A DNA stretch of 64,000 bases from Ptychomitrium polyphyllum. Lineage: Eukaryota. This document shows, piece after piece, positions 13,561 to 26,200 of this stretch (its first letter is position 1; the number at the start of each line of letters is the position of its first letter). The stretch lies in contig OZ316775.1 of NCBI GenBank assembly GCA_973851085.1, forward strand, positions 20,522,001 to 20,586,000, in the 5' to 3' direction. The notes under the pieces were generated by a model. It ran no database searches. It saw nothing but the letters and a program-made list of their open reading frames with translations, and was not told where the DNA came from. The position numbers and the translations under genes were made by a program.

Positions 13561-15615
13561 TGAAGCCGTCAGAACATGGAAAACTTTGCAAATCATTTCT
13601 CCCGTTGGATTGTTACAGTATGGATTGCCATACTAGCCGTTTCAAAAATTAGAAAAACCTCATCACTACAACATACAAAGTTTACATAAAAATGATCCAA
13701 TAACGTTAATTTCTATCTAGCTAAACAAATGCAAATCATTGTTAACAGAAAAAGAAGTAAACTGAACTTGAAGTACCTTATACAAAGATTCAAATTTAAC
13801 AAGATTGAGGACTTCCTCAAAAGTATTTAAAATTCCAAGGAATGCAACTGTTCCCAAAAAATTTGAACGTGACGTTGGTAAAATTGTTGTTTCCCATGCT
13901 CACAGGGTGCAGGGTTTTGTTTGTGTATAGTTGTGTTGATATGATATTGTTGTAAATACGTGCAATATAAAGATTTCCACTGACTATCAACGAAAAAACG
14001 ATGAATCTGCAAAACCAACAAAGAAATGATCAACTGGCGATTTTCATGTAACCTATCCAGGTATGCCAAAAGAGGGGCAAAAGCAATGTTGCAAATCAAA
14101 ACAGTTCCTGGATAAGAAATGATTTAATGATATTAAATTACGCAACAGGGATAGCTTGAATTCAGCTATCATATTGACCCCACTCAGGTCCCTGCATCCG
14201 CAAACAGAAACCTGTCAATCACGATCTGTAAGGAGTATCATGGCTCGATAAAGTAGGGGATTCAACTTGGTTATTATCTTTTAGTTGATGTTGTTTTTCT
14301 ATTCAAAACCGAGTTTTCAAACCAATGACAAGAATTGATTACCATTGATTGCAGAAGAAGACACAAAAAACCAAGTGAAAACTAGAACTTCAATTCTGAG
14401 GTTGAAGCTAACTCACATCATTTGCAAAATGTGGAGGCTCTTCAGGTCAAACTTCCACTTCTTTCACTCTTAATGATTGCTAGAGAATGTTCATCACATT
14501 GTTAATGACCAGCATGCTTATTATAACAATTATCATAGAGTTGAACAACAGCATCACGCACGAAACACTTACAATGTAGTCAAGTATAATGCTTAATTTG
14601 AAATATTGAACAATGGCCCATTAAATTGATCGTAGGTGAAATTTATGCAAGTGACAGAAATAATAAATTATTAACCGAGATCTTAAAGCCACATCAAAGT
14701 ATTTATGTTAGCAAAATCGAGGCTAGGTGAGTGGCCAGCCAAACCCGGCTTTCAGTCAAAATCAAGCAACAAACAAAATAATGTCAATAAGAACAGCAGA
14801 AGTTCCTATTTTTGCAGGAATGGACCAGACTGAATTCATTTCGTTTGGCAGTTTCGCTTGGCTAGTAGTTATCGAATAACAACTCTTGTTGAAGAAAATT
14901 GCCTTCGACAAACAAAAGTGATTGTCTCTTCACTACATTTCTGTGCAGTAAACTTGATGGTGTTAGGATACTCACAGCAGGGACATAGAGGGCCAAGTAG
15001 TGAAGAAAACTGGAATTTTCTGGGATGACGCAATGGTTGCATCACTCACCACACTGCCCATCCACTACACAACCTTTAGTTGAATGCTCGCAATCATCCG
15101 CAAATAGCTACATCGTCTGCACAAGTAAATTTCCTTTCTCATCACTAATGCGCAGAGCAACAAATGGATTCTGAACTGGAATGAAGCTTATAATCCTATG
15201 ACTTGAACAAGGTAGACATAAGATGCTCCATTCAAGTTTTTTGCATCCTACGGAACGTGACTTGCACTACCATTCTGTTCTATGCACATTAATGTGGTCC
15301 ATACTAATTCGAAATTCCAAATCGATCTCTTGTCCATCATTTAGCGTGGTTTAGTTTGTAGGAAATCTTCTCGTAGGATTCACCTCTGCTTAACCTGGCC
15401 CTGTGTCAAAAACCACAGATATCAGCAACTACTATGAATAGCAACAAAAGTAGTTCCTGGCTGTTGGATGATACGACAATATCACTAACCTCCGCAAGCA
15501 TAACCACACAGAGTGGCAGTCATGAATGACAAGTCAGCACTGCAAGATCATAATATAATTTCCCCTAACCATCCCGAGGGGAGACGCGGCAGCCGATAGG
15601 CCCAAGTCAACCCAA

Positions 15616-15769
15616 ACCGACATCCACGTGACGCAAAAGCGAGAGAGTTGTCCATGAGATGCACGTCATTCGCGCAGCGAGAGGCGACAGGATTACCAAA
15701 CCAGGCGTGGAAATGTGTCGGCGTGGGAGCGGCATGCATGCAGATCTACGCCACGCGATCCATCGCGTG
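15616..15769 (+). promoter_or_regulatory. cluster of ABA/dehydration-type cis-elements upstream of the LEA_2 gene
   Basis: DRE core ACCGAC 15616-15621, G-box CACGTG 15625-15630, CACGTC 15662-15667, RY element CATGCATG 15733-15740, inverted CE3-like pair CACGCGAT-CC-ATCGCGTG 15752-15769. The motifs are short and function is inferred. Confidence 0.4.
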
Positions 15770-16554
15770 ATCCCAGCCGCTCGTTTTCCATTCCACAGCG
15801 CACCCAGGGCTCATGTTGTAGCACTTTCGGCGCCTTGTGCAGCCTTCGCACTGAGGGCGCCGTTTGCAAATCATGTCAAGGTGACGCTGGTGTTGTGGGT
15901 GAGGAGTCTGGACACTCGTGCAGGATACAGGCGTTACTGGCAAGGAGCGAGATCGACTTTTACTTGTGAGGGAGTGTAGGAGATTCGACCCAGCTGGGTT
16001 TATGAGCTTCGACCCAGTTGTGACCTTGTTTTGGGAGGAAGGTTTGTTTTCCTCTACTTTGGAGTTTCGTGCACTATAGTTGTGCTTTGGAGGGTTGTCG
16101 TGGACTGCAGTGTGTTGAGAGGAGGTCTGGGTTTCTGTGACCGAGTGCTTTGGAGTTTATGCTAATGGTGTGCTTTTAGGGTTTTGTTGAGTACGTTGCT
16201 AGTAGTGTTGCACTTGGATAATCAAGTTATGTGCAGTTTGATTGAAGCTTTACATGCTGTGGATTCAATTGGGACTAGTGGTTTTGTTTTCTCTAGTGGC
16301 ATTGGGTTTGATGTTACATCAGGCGGGGCTTGTGCAGCAAAGAGTTTAGTCATTTATCCGTTTAAGGGAGAATCGTTCTCTTTGGGTTTTGTTGATGAGG
16401 ATAAGGGCTTGTGAGCGTTAAACTTCTGGAGACTCTAGAGTTAGTAGGGAACAGTTCTGATTCTTTTGATAGCAGACTCTCTTGGGGTTTTACAGGGATT
16501 GACTTCATGTTCATTTTGAGGGGTTTTGAGGCGCTAGAGTGGTAGGAATTAAAG

Positions 16555-17701
16555 ATGCCAAATAGTGGCAAACGGACTATTTTTCTAGTAGGTGACAAGG
16601 ATGCGGAGCCGAAGAAGATTGTGCTAGAGGACAACGGTAGGCCGAAGAAGATTGTCTTTGAAGAGAATGGGCGGGCCAAGAGAATCATCTTGGAAGGCGA
16701 TGACGATCCAGAGCACCCGCGGCAGACGATTGTCATTCGAGAAAATGGCGATTGGAGGCCCAAACCCAAGAAAAGTACCCTCGTGGTTATTGCCATGGCT
16801 GCCATTCCTGCACTCGTCGGCGCAGGTGTGTTCGGTTGGTACAACAGGCCGCGAGACCCTACCATGGAAATCAAATCTATCACCCTGAGTGGCTTCAGCC
16901 TGCACACCAGCACCGAATCCATGCTCTTCGCAACCATTGATATCGACACCACAATCTATGTCATGGTCCGCAACCCTAACATCACACCGATTTGTTTCCA
17001 CGCGACCATCATGGAAATTTACTACAGGGGGAGTCTTCTCGGAAAAGGTGTGGTATGTCCCTGTCTCTCTCTCTTTCCAGTTGGTATCGTGAAGTTCATA
17101 CAGATTACTGTTATCAAGGTTCATTTGTTTAGTTTTTTTAGGGTTTAAGGTGGCGAATAATGCGGGGCGTTTTGGTAACGCAGCTGCATCCAGGAGACCA
17201 GGGAGCACAGAGTGAGCAAATACTGGAATTACCTTGCAGGATGAGCGGACTTGAAGCAACCCATCATCTCAAGGATTTGTTTCATGATGTTAGGAATCGA
17301 GAAATGGTTCTTCATGCGAAAGCTACAGTGAAGGGTGATATCAAGGTTTGGAAATACAGGCATCATTATGAGGTACTGCATTGAAATTCTCATGCCTTGT
17401 TTTGTCCGCCAGAGATGGGGAATGTTTATGAATTGTTTAGATAGGTCACAATTAGGTCTATTCGAGGTTTGAACGGTTTGCTCTGTGTAGGAGGCCGAAA
17501 TGATACACGGATAATGTAATCGATTCAGGAAATGGAAATGTCTTCTTATTTCTAAATACGCTCTTGTCTGCTGATTGTACACAGGTGTATGTGAGAAGCG
17601 AAATCAAAGTGGATCCCCTCTTTCTGGATGTTATTGATCAACGCCATAGAGCAGACATCAACATTCGGGGTGTTGCAGTGCCAGGGATTCTAGATAAGTA
17701 A
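16555..17701 (+). CDS. LEA_2 domain single-pass membrane protein, 3 exons
   Basis: Exons 16555-17052, 17184-17372, 17585-17701. TM (LVVIAMAAIPALVGAGVFGWY), RPRDP, VRNPNITPICF...IYYRGSLLG, C-terminus VDPLFLDVIDQ. Confidence 0.88.
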
Positions 17702-20700
17702 TGTACAAAAGATTGTACAGTTACATTTCTTGAATCCATCGAGCTAATACTCTTTTCAATGGACTAGATAGTGTTCAGATGCAGATGCAGGGTTTGGAAT
17801 TATGCAATGCAAATGATGGTCACATTCTTCGCTAATCAAAATAAGATTCTTCTAAAGTTCAAGAAGTTTTATAGTGAATGTGTGAAATCGGGTGCACTCA
17901 GCACTGGCTTGTACAAACATGCAATTGTAATTGATAGTGATCTGTTTTATTTTTTTATTACCGCGCAAGCACGATTTCCCACAACACATCACGTTTTCCT
18001 ATTGACGCAGAGTCTGGAACATATCTCTTACACCCATAAGCTCTCTGATTTTCAGATTTGCTTCTGCAGAGTTCGTGAGAGGGCACATGAGTTGCAACAA
18101 AGCACATGAGTAAACGGTTAGAGCAGGGTAGTCGCGTGTGTCCGCAAGTTTGCGCTTTTCAGAAGATTAGCCACGAGCAATGATATTGATGGACTCCGGA
18201 TGCTTGTTGTACAATGAACTGTTGTAGAAGAATACTTGAAGCTTTTGTGGGAGCTTGGAGGTTGGGTGCATTGGCAGTAATGCAGGGGACTTCGCATTTG
18301 GGAAAGGCACACCGATTTCTACTGTCTGGTGCAAGTCGACCAATCAGAGTGTCACATTTATACTTGTCAGCTGTTCCTGCCATTGCACTAACGGAGTATT
18401 TCCTGCACAAGAGCAGAGAGAGGGATAACCAGTTGCAAGAGAATCCTAGGTTTGGAGTTGTACAACGAGTTCCCGAGATGTTAGGGTTTGCCACTGGTGA
18501 TGTCCCTGCGATTAGCCAGACGCCAGAGGAAGTACTGTACTACTGGTAAAACTGATGTTAGGGTTCAGCTCAAGTATTCAAACTTATGTTTCATAATTGA
18601 ACTTGAGCGGGAGCTTTTCGGTAGCTCGGAGACGATCAAGTTGTAGAGCAGATTCTAGTTTGTGTCTGCCGAGAAGTTTCTTTTGTATCGTATGCTCTGT
18701 AATGTGGTGAGATACGTTCTTGCAAATACCCAACCATTTTGTTTCCTTCAAAATAATTTCACATAGATATTTTGATCGACTTCCTCATGAACTTTAGAAT
18801 GGGGACCTGACAGGTTCAAGGACGCAGATCATGCAATTGCAGATCAATACTAGTTCTTGGACGGGGAAGGCTGCTAACAAGAAAATGAGTTTACTGTAAC
18901 TGAGACCTAATTCTCTTTTCTCTTTTCTCTTTGCTCTGTTCTGCTTCTGTTCTTTTGTCGAAGAGGGAGCCATTTCGATTTGAACTCTCTGGTATTTAGA
19001 TCTTGAAGCTTGCTAACGAATGAAGTGGATGTCGTACTAGAAGAGTACATAAACTTGGCATCGTTTCCAGTTCAAATTGTGAAGAATCTCGGTAAGTCAT
19101 TCATGTTATAATGGTCTTGATTTTAGAGTACCTTGATAGAACTAGTTTTAAGTACAGATAAAGGAGAAATTTGGCGAATGTCTGGAGCTGGTCTGCCATG
19201 AAGAACTAAAGCACTAGAAATCAACCTCACGAACTCTAGTCGGCACACGGAATCTTCTGGTAGCTTGAGCAAGTCCGGTCCAGAAATTCACTCTACCGGC
19301 CATCTATCTCTCACCCTCATTGAATTAAATGAGGGTTAATATTACCTTTGGTCTTTTTGATCTTTTTGATCCTTTAGATTCATACATTAGTCTAGTTCAA
19401 TATAACTGCTAGTGCGCTGTTATCTGCTAGTTCCTGATTTCGTCATAAACTTCCCTTTTTATCACTTCTTGCTGTTAAATAAGTAGAACGATCCTACTTA
19501 GATTCAAGCATCCGGAGCTGATCCTGAATCGCTTCACTGTTTTCATACAGTTCCTGGTTTGAAACTTTCAAACCATTGATGCATTGCTCCTTCTGATGCT
19601 TCATGCTCATCTGATGCTCAGGCTTTCTTCCTGAAGTTATGTGTTTGTAATCTTTTAATACCAGTTATCCGGCTAGGATTTCAAGGAAATCAACTTCACG
19701 AGGATTAGTTGCTCTCATTCTGGTGCTCGACCAGTTCACTTGGCACTGCAATGCGACTTGAGTCCGTCGTTTGCCCAAGGCGACACCGGATTACAAATCA
19801 CCCTGGAATCCATCAAACAGCTTTGTATCGACTTTGTATTTATTCATATTAACGATTATGAAGATTTTTCTATGATTTGTCAAGGCGTTGAACATTGACT
19901 GCAGGTAAGCTGAATTTAGGGTTGGTCTGACTGTGGTTTGATGATTGGGATTTGGATCAACAGATAAGCGACTAGGTACATCCGCCGGGGCTCCTGTTTA
20001 TAAGATTGCAGTAAGATGAAGTTGATCTGGGCTGTGTGAAGGTCCTGTTGTTGCTGTGCCACCCTGCTCGACTCCCTGCCGTCGACTCGCAAGGTCATAT
20101 TTTCTCTTACAACGATTGTAAATTTCCGCAACCTTACTGCAAAGTCACTAATGTGAGATTTGTACCCTTATGGCATAGTATGGAATTGTCGGTATGGGCT
20201 TCTTAAGGGATGGGCTTTAATAGTTTGTATTTGGAGTAGTTGTAGGATTGCAGGACCTTGGTACGCGTGGGATACAAACCTCAATTATAAAACAAATTTG
20301 GAGAATCGGAGGATATGGACATTAAATAACGTTCCTTGGCTGTGTTACGATAGTACAGGGGGCTGGCAAATATGTCACATGCATCCTCTGATGACCTTTG
20401 TGAGTGTGAATGGAGCACCCTAATGGTAGCCTATTCCACCACACATCAGAGACAAGTAACTCACGTTTCTCATCAATGCCATAGGATCTTAGAGTCATTG
20501 GCTTAATGCTCTTGTACACACTTCCTTGGGGTCCCATATCTTGGCGATTACTTCCTAAAACCAAAAACTATTATGCTTGATGGAGAACATGCAGAACGTA
20601 GACAACTTAGGCACCGTCACTCCAGCACCTTTCCGCAGATAAGAGCAAGCGCAATTCATGGCGGCCACACCACACCACACGCTCAAGGCCGTGATCGCAG

Positions 20701-22941
20701 CAGCGCAAGCCACTTCATAACTCCAAGCGAAGCAAATTCCGCTCCCGTTCCTCGACTGACGCAGCTGCAAATAAGCTCCAGACTTGGCGACACTGGCTGC
20801 CCTCAAGCTCCCATGTACTCCCTGCCCTCGCTTCGCTACCCTCAGTTCAGTTCATCGTATATATCACTCAAGATTTCAATCGGTTGTGCCGTGTCAACAC
20901 ACGGTCTGTCGCGCAACAGAAACACGATCCGGCCTCCGAAACTGTGACCCAAGTCTTGTACTCGACACCGAAGAAGCAAAGCCAAGGACAAATCCCTACA
21001 GTAGCTTTACAGATAGAGATCCTTGCCACACCGAAAGTCCTCGCCCGTCCCAAATGTCGGCGCTACCGAGAAGAGCGAAAAGCGGGGAAGACCTACAAGA
21101 ACCTAAGCCGATCTCCAGGAGAGGGACAACCGAAAAAACAGTGGATCGCTACAGATCACCAGGATCTGAGCCCGAAACCTACCGGCGTTGCAATTTCCAA
21201 TTACAGAGAATCCGCTACAGCAGCAAAGCAACATAACCTAGACCTTCACGAAATTCTCGAAAAGGGAAGCCAGAAGCGCCCCTCCGCTCTGCCAACGGAA
21301 GACACTAAATAAATAAAAACGCGATTAGTCCAACTGAAACGAACAATCAACGATCCTAAGCTCACTCCCCACAAACCTGAAGTTTTCTCTAAACTCAAAA
21401 AACCTGAAGTTTTCTCTGTCAGTGTTGGCCAGTCTCGTGTCAAGGACGGCAATCTTGTGCACTTCCTCCACGCCAAAACTCACACGCCCCATGTTTTCAG
21501 AGCCGCGTACAAATTGCTGTAACGAACCGAGTTTAGCCTTCTCTTTCCTCACAAACTTAGTTTCTGACCCGACCTCAAACGCCGATGCTGCAACTTATCC
21601 TTCTTCAACTTGGAAACCGATGCCTTGGCCTCTCCCCCTGCACTAAACTCGACTGAGAACGCCTGGCTGGTTGTCAGCAGACGTTGAAAACACTTGCTCC
21701 TTTGTCGTGGGAGTTGTAGTGTTCCTCGGAATGAGTCGTCATAACACCGCCAGCTGTTTCAAGACCTAGGCTGAGAGGAAAAACATCCAGCAGCAACAGG
21801 TCTTGAACCTGTTTCTTTGTGCAGTAGATTACAGCACCCCTCCCCTGTCCCCATTCTAGCCATGTTTCATATCCTAATTGACACGACTATTCACTAGCTT
21901 AACACTAGATTTACTAAGAGACAACAAACAAACGCTATAAAGACCAGTACTAACCAAGTTGCGAACCAACCATTGCGCTCACAACCTTATCAAAACACTA
22001 CAACCTGTGAGCTGCTCATGTGAGTTGCTCAGGCTCACGCGTCACACTTCATCCATGTTGACAATGGTGAATGGTGAACGTTGACAAAGGAAGAATGCTT
22101 ACAAATGTACAAAAACCTCCTCTCTTTTATTTTTTGTGCAAGAATACAATTACGCTTGTAAGTGTACAAAAACCTAATTCCACTGCTCCATTTAAATGAA
22201 ATGTATAAGGGGGCAATTTTGGAATGGTAGCCATATGCATCTATCATAAACAAAAACAATGTTCTTGCAATAATTTTCCATTTAATTAATGAGGCTTTGT
22301 AATTGATTTTGAATTGACTTATAATCAATAAATGTTGTACAAGGTAGTTGTAAATAAATTTTTCCCCTCAAAGTTAACAATCAATTCTTTAATACTTCAA
22401 ATTCCAAGTAACTATTAATAAGTTAATGTGTACATATTCAATTGATTACTTGGACTTTTTTCTATTATTATAAATTCAATTCCAGATTGGCAAACTCTTT
22501 AAAGTAAATAATAAAAATAAACAGTAAACAGTAAACAACATATACAACAGTAAAATTAAAAAGTAAAACCTATAAGTGGACAGACAGGAGAGTGGACTCG
22601 TCGACTCGTCCAGAGCTCTCACTCTCACGCTTCCTTTAAACGGGAAAGGCCCGCTGCGACACCGGCACCCGAAAGCCGTCACCATGGATCATCTATACCG
22701 GGGTTACATCTAATCTTCTTAGATCTACCAGATTTGTAGTTATGGCCTAGAGTCAGAATTGCGCACCGGCGTTTCCTTCACAAAACCAAAACCCCCCCGC
22801 AAAGCTGAATGCTCTGTTTTCTTTCAGTCGTTGCTCTCTCCCTTGCAGCTCCGATTCGTACACCTGAGGCTGCATTCTCGATGCGGAGCCGCTGCCTCAC
22901 ACGGGAGATGCACGCGATACAGGTTTCTTATTTCTCCCTCA

Positions 22942-23158
22942 AGAGATAGAGCTTTGCGGTATTGCAAAGGGTGGATTGTGTAGTTCAGGAGAGGAGAAGA
23001 CAGGCGAGGGGAGGAGAGTGCATGACAGTGAGGGAGCGGTGAGGAGAGGAGAGGAGTGGAGAGGAGAGGAGATAGTTGGACTCGAGATATAGTTTTCTCT
23101 TTTTCCACTGTAGAGATAGAGCTTTGCGGCATTGCAGGAGGTGGAGTGTAGAGTTCAG
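22942..23158 (+). repeat. duplicated ~47-bp segment with GA-rich microsatellite in the HDAC 5' leader
   Basis: AGAGATAGAGCTTTGCGG(T/C)ATTGCA...GTGGA.TGT..AGTTCAG at 22942-22988 and 23112-23158, each followed by (GAGAG)n tracts. Confidence 0.8.
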
Positions 23159-23260
23159 TGGAGCGGCGGAGAAGCGCATGGCCTCGATGGAGCAGTGAGG
23201 GATTAGAGGAGAGAGAGCGAGAGAGAAAGAGAGAGGAGAGTGAGGAGAGGGGAGGGTGAG

Positions 23261-26200
23261 ATGGAGGGCGGGAATTCGTTGGTGGCCGGCGCGGACGGGA
23301 GCAAGCGGCGGGTTTCGTATTTTTACGATCCTGATGTTGGGAACTACTACTACGGGCAGGGGCATCCCATGAAGCCTCACCGCATTCGGATGGCGCACTC
23401 GCTGCTCACGCACTACAATTTGATGTCAAAGATGGAGGTGCTGAAGCCCTACCCGGCGCGCGATCGCGACTTGTGCCGGTTTCATGCGGATGACTATGTG
23501 ACGTTCTTGAAGGATGTCACGCCGGAGACGCAGCATGACATGATGAAGCAACTGAAGCGGTTCAATGTTGGCGAGGATTGCCCTGTGTTCGACGGGCTGT
23601 ATAATTTCTGTCAGACCTATGCGGGAGGTTCCGTTGGAGGCGCCGTCAAGCTCAACCACGGCCATAGTGATATCGCCATAAACTGGGCGGGTGGCTTGCA
23701 TCATGCCAAGAAGTGCGAGGCGTCCGGATTTTGTTATGTTAATGATATCGTACTCGCTGTTTTGGAACTTCTCAAGTATCATCAGGTATGGTGATATTTG
23801 ACATTGTATTCTTAGGAATGGTTATTCGTTTAGGCTTGCAGATTTATTGTGGTCGTTGGAGGCGTGAGGGACTTGATATTTGAATTTGTATCCTTCCTGA
23901 GTTCGGGATGCATTCGAGCGATTCTTCTTCACGTTGCGGTTTTAATCTCTTATGAGCTCTCCGGGGGGTTTCTGAATAACCTGAGGGAGCAATGAGACGG
24001 CAGCAATCTGGTTGATGTCTGTGGTGATATGCTGTTGGTTACCCCAACCAGTGTTCCTGATGACCTACATCATTCCGAGTGCTTCTCACTTCTGCTTTTC
24101 TTCAAAAGAAGTAACAACAAACGAAGAATTTAGGAAAAGTTTAGGAGTTTAGAAAAAGTTTAGGAGTTTTTCTTTTTGTCTTGATCGCTTTTCGTTACGT
24201 AGTGTTACTTCAGGAAACCATTGTGATCGTAGCTTTTCTAGGGCTCAGTCGAACTCTCTTTTCTATGTGCAATATACTCATGAAGCGGAGGTAAGGAGTG
24301 ATAATGCCGATATTCGGTACTACTTACTGTACTGGTGTGGGGTCCGAGTGTAGTATCACTATCTTTAAAAGAATAGTTTCTCGCGATAGAGATAGAGAGT
24401 GAAAGCTATCGCGATACTACACTCGGACCTCAATTGATTCAAGTGTTTTTAAAGAGAGCTAACCTTTTCCTGAGGTGTCTTTGATAAAGACATTGAAAAT
24501 CTGGCTAGTCTTTATTATCGGCAAAATCTGGCTAGTTACTAATTAGGAAGTGAAGAAAGTTTGGAAACTCAGACCAACTAATCTATTATATGAAAACTAT
24601 GACTGAACACGGAACTCATATTGTGCATGCAGCGAGTGCTATACATTGATATTGACATACACCATGGAGATGGTGTGGAGGAGGCGTTCTACACGACTGA
24701 TCGAGTTATGACTGTATCCTTCCACAAATTCGGGGACTACTTCCCAGGGACAGGGGACGTCCGAGATATTGGTTATGGGGCGGGAAAGTACTATTCACTG
24801 AACGTTCCTTTGGATGACGGAATTGACGATGAGAGCTATCAGTCGCTTTTCAAGCCAATTATGGCGAAGGTGATGGAAGTATTTCAACCGGGAGCAGTGG
24901 TTTTGCAGTGTGGGGCCGACTCTTTGTCTGGTGATCGCCTTGGCTGTTTCAACTTATCTGTGAAAGGCCATGCAGAATGTGTTCGATTTATGCGGTCTTT
25001 CAATGTTCCTTTGCTGCTCGTGGGTGGTGGCGGTTACACAATACGCAATGTAGCTCGATGTTGGTGTTACGAGGTGCTGTGAGACTTCCCTATGTCTATG
25101 TTAATGGTTGTTGAAGTAGTGAAAGGGCGGAGTTAAGGAATTAGTATAAAATATTAGCTGCAGGATATATTGCTAGCTTGGAGCCTGTGGATCCCCTTGC
25201 TGTTGCTGCGGTGTTTGTACTAGGTTTTGTAGCTTGCAGGCCGTGTAGCCTTAAAGTATAAACCCTATACCCTAGTCATGATGGTCGAGCTATTCTATTA
25301 CTTCGGTGTTTATGCTTATGAGAAGATGAGCTTGCCTGGAGCGATTCAAAGAGTCGCTGATGTACATTCTTCTGAAGGGTGTTAGGCCTTGTTATCGAGG
25401 CTGAACATTGGAAACTTTCCACTTGTGTCTTTCCATTTTTCTTGTTGATTGACACTTTGGTTTGTTGCGTTACAGACAGCGGTGGCAGTTGGAGAAGAAT
25501 TAGATGATAAATTGCCTCACCATGAATATTACGAGTACTTCGGGCCTGATTATACACTTCACATCGCACCCAGTAATATGGCTAACCAAAATTCAAGAAA
25601 AGAAATTGATAATTTGAGGTTGGCTTTTACTTTGCTACTCTAGGTGTTTGAGAAGTGAAATGTTTTTAGTTGTTGCAAGTGGATCTTCACAATTTCCTAC
25701 TTGCTTTTTCGTGCCAAACTGCAGGCTTGCTTCAATCTGATTCAGGATTGTTTATGTGCAGGCTAAGATTGTTGGAAAATTTGTCCAAATTACATCACGT
25801 TCCAAGTGTGCAATTTTCAGAAAGGCCACCAGATACTGAAATTCATGAAAATGTACGTGTCAGCTGAGATGTTGCTTTCAGATTAAATTCTTGTTTCCAA
25901 TGGACATTATTTAGTATTTTGGGACTTCTGCAGACCTGATTGTCTTTTAATGAACTGACTTTTACCCACCGTTATTGAGTTCAGGAGGATGAAGATCTGG
26001 AACTTCGTGATAAGGGTCGCACGTGGGATGGTGAATTTTCTGACTCGGATTCGGAGGATCACGACTTGCGACGTCACAACCAGGGAGTAATTGCTAGTGA
26101 AGCAGCATTTCCAAGGTTAATACGTCTAACCCAAGTTGCATGTTGTGGCTTCACAAGTATTTGCTCCTAGTGTTTGGAAATGTGCTTTGCGAGGTGTAAT

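Noticed and set aside
16362..17259. Long antisense ORFs (196 and 211 aa) over the LEA_2 gene; likewise 32138-32860 over CCT
   Set aside because: Shadow ORFs of the real coding strand.
17771..21646. Many overlapping 70-150 aa ORFs
   Set aside because: No recognisable domain, no phase-consistent exon chain and no convincing hairpin. A non-coding minus-strand transcript remains possible but is unsupported.
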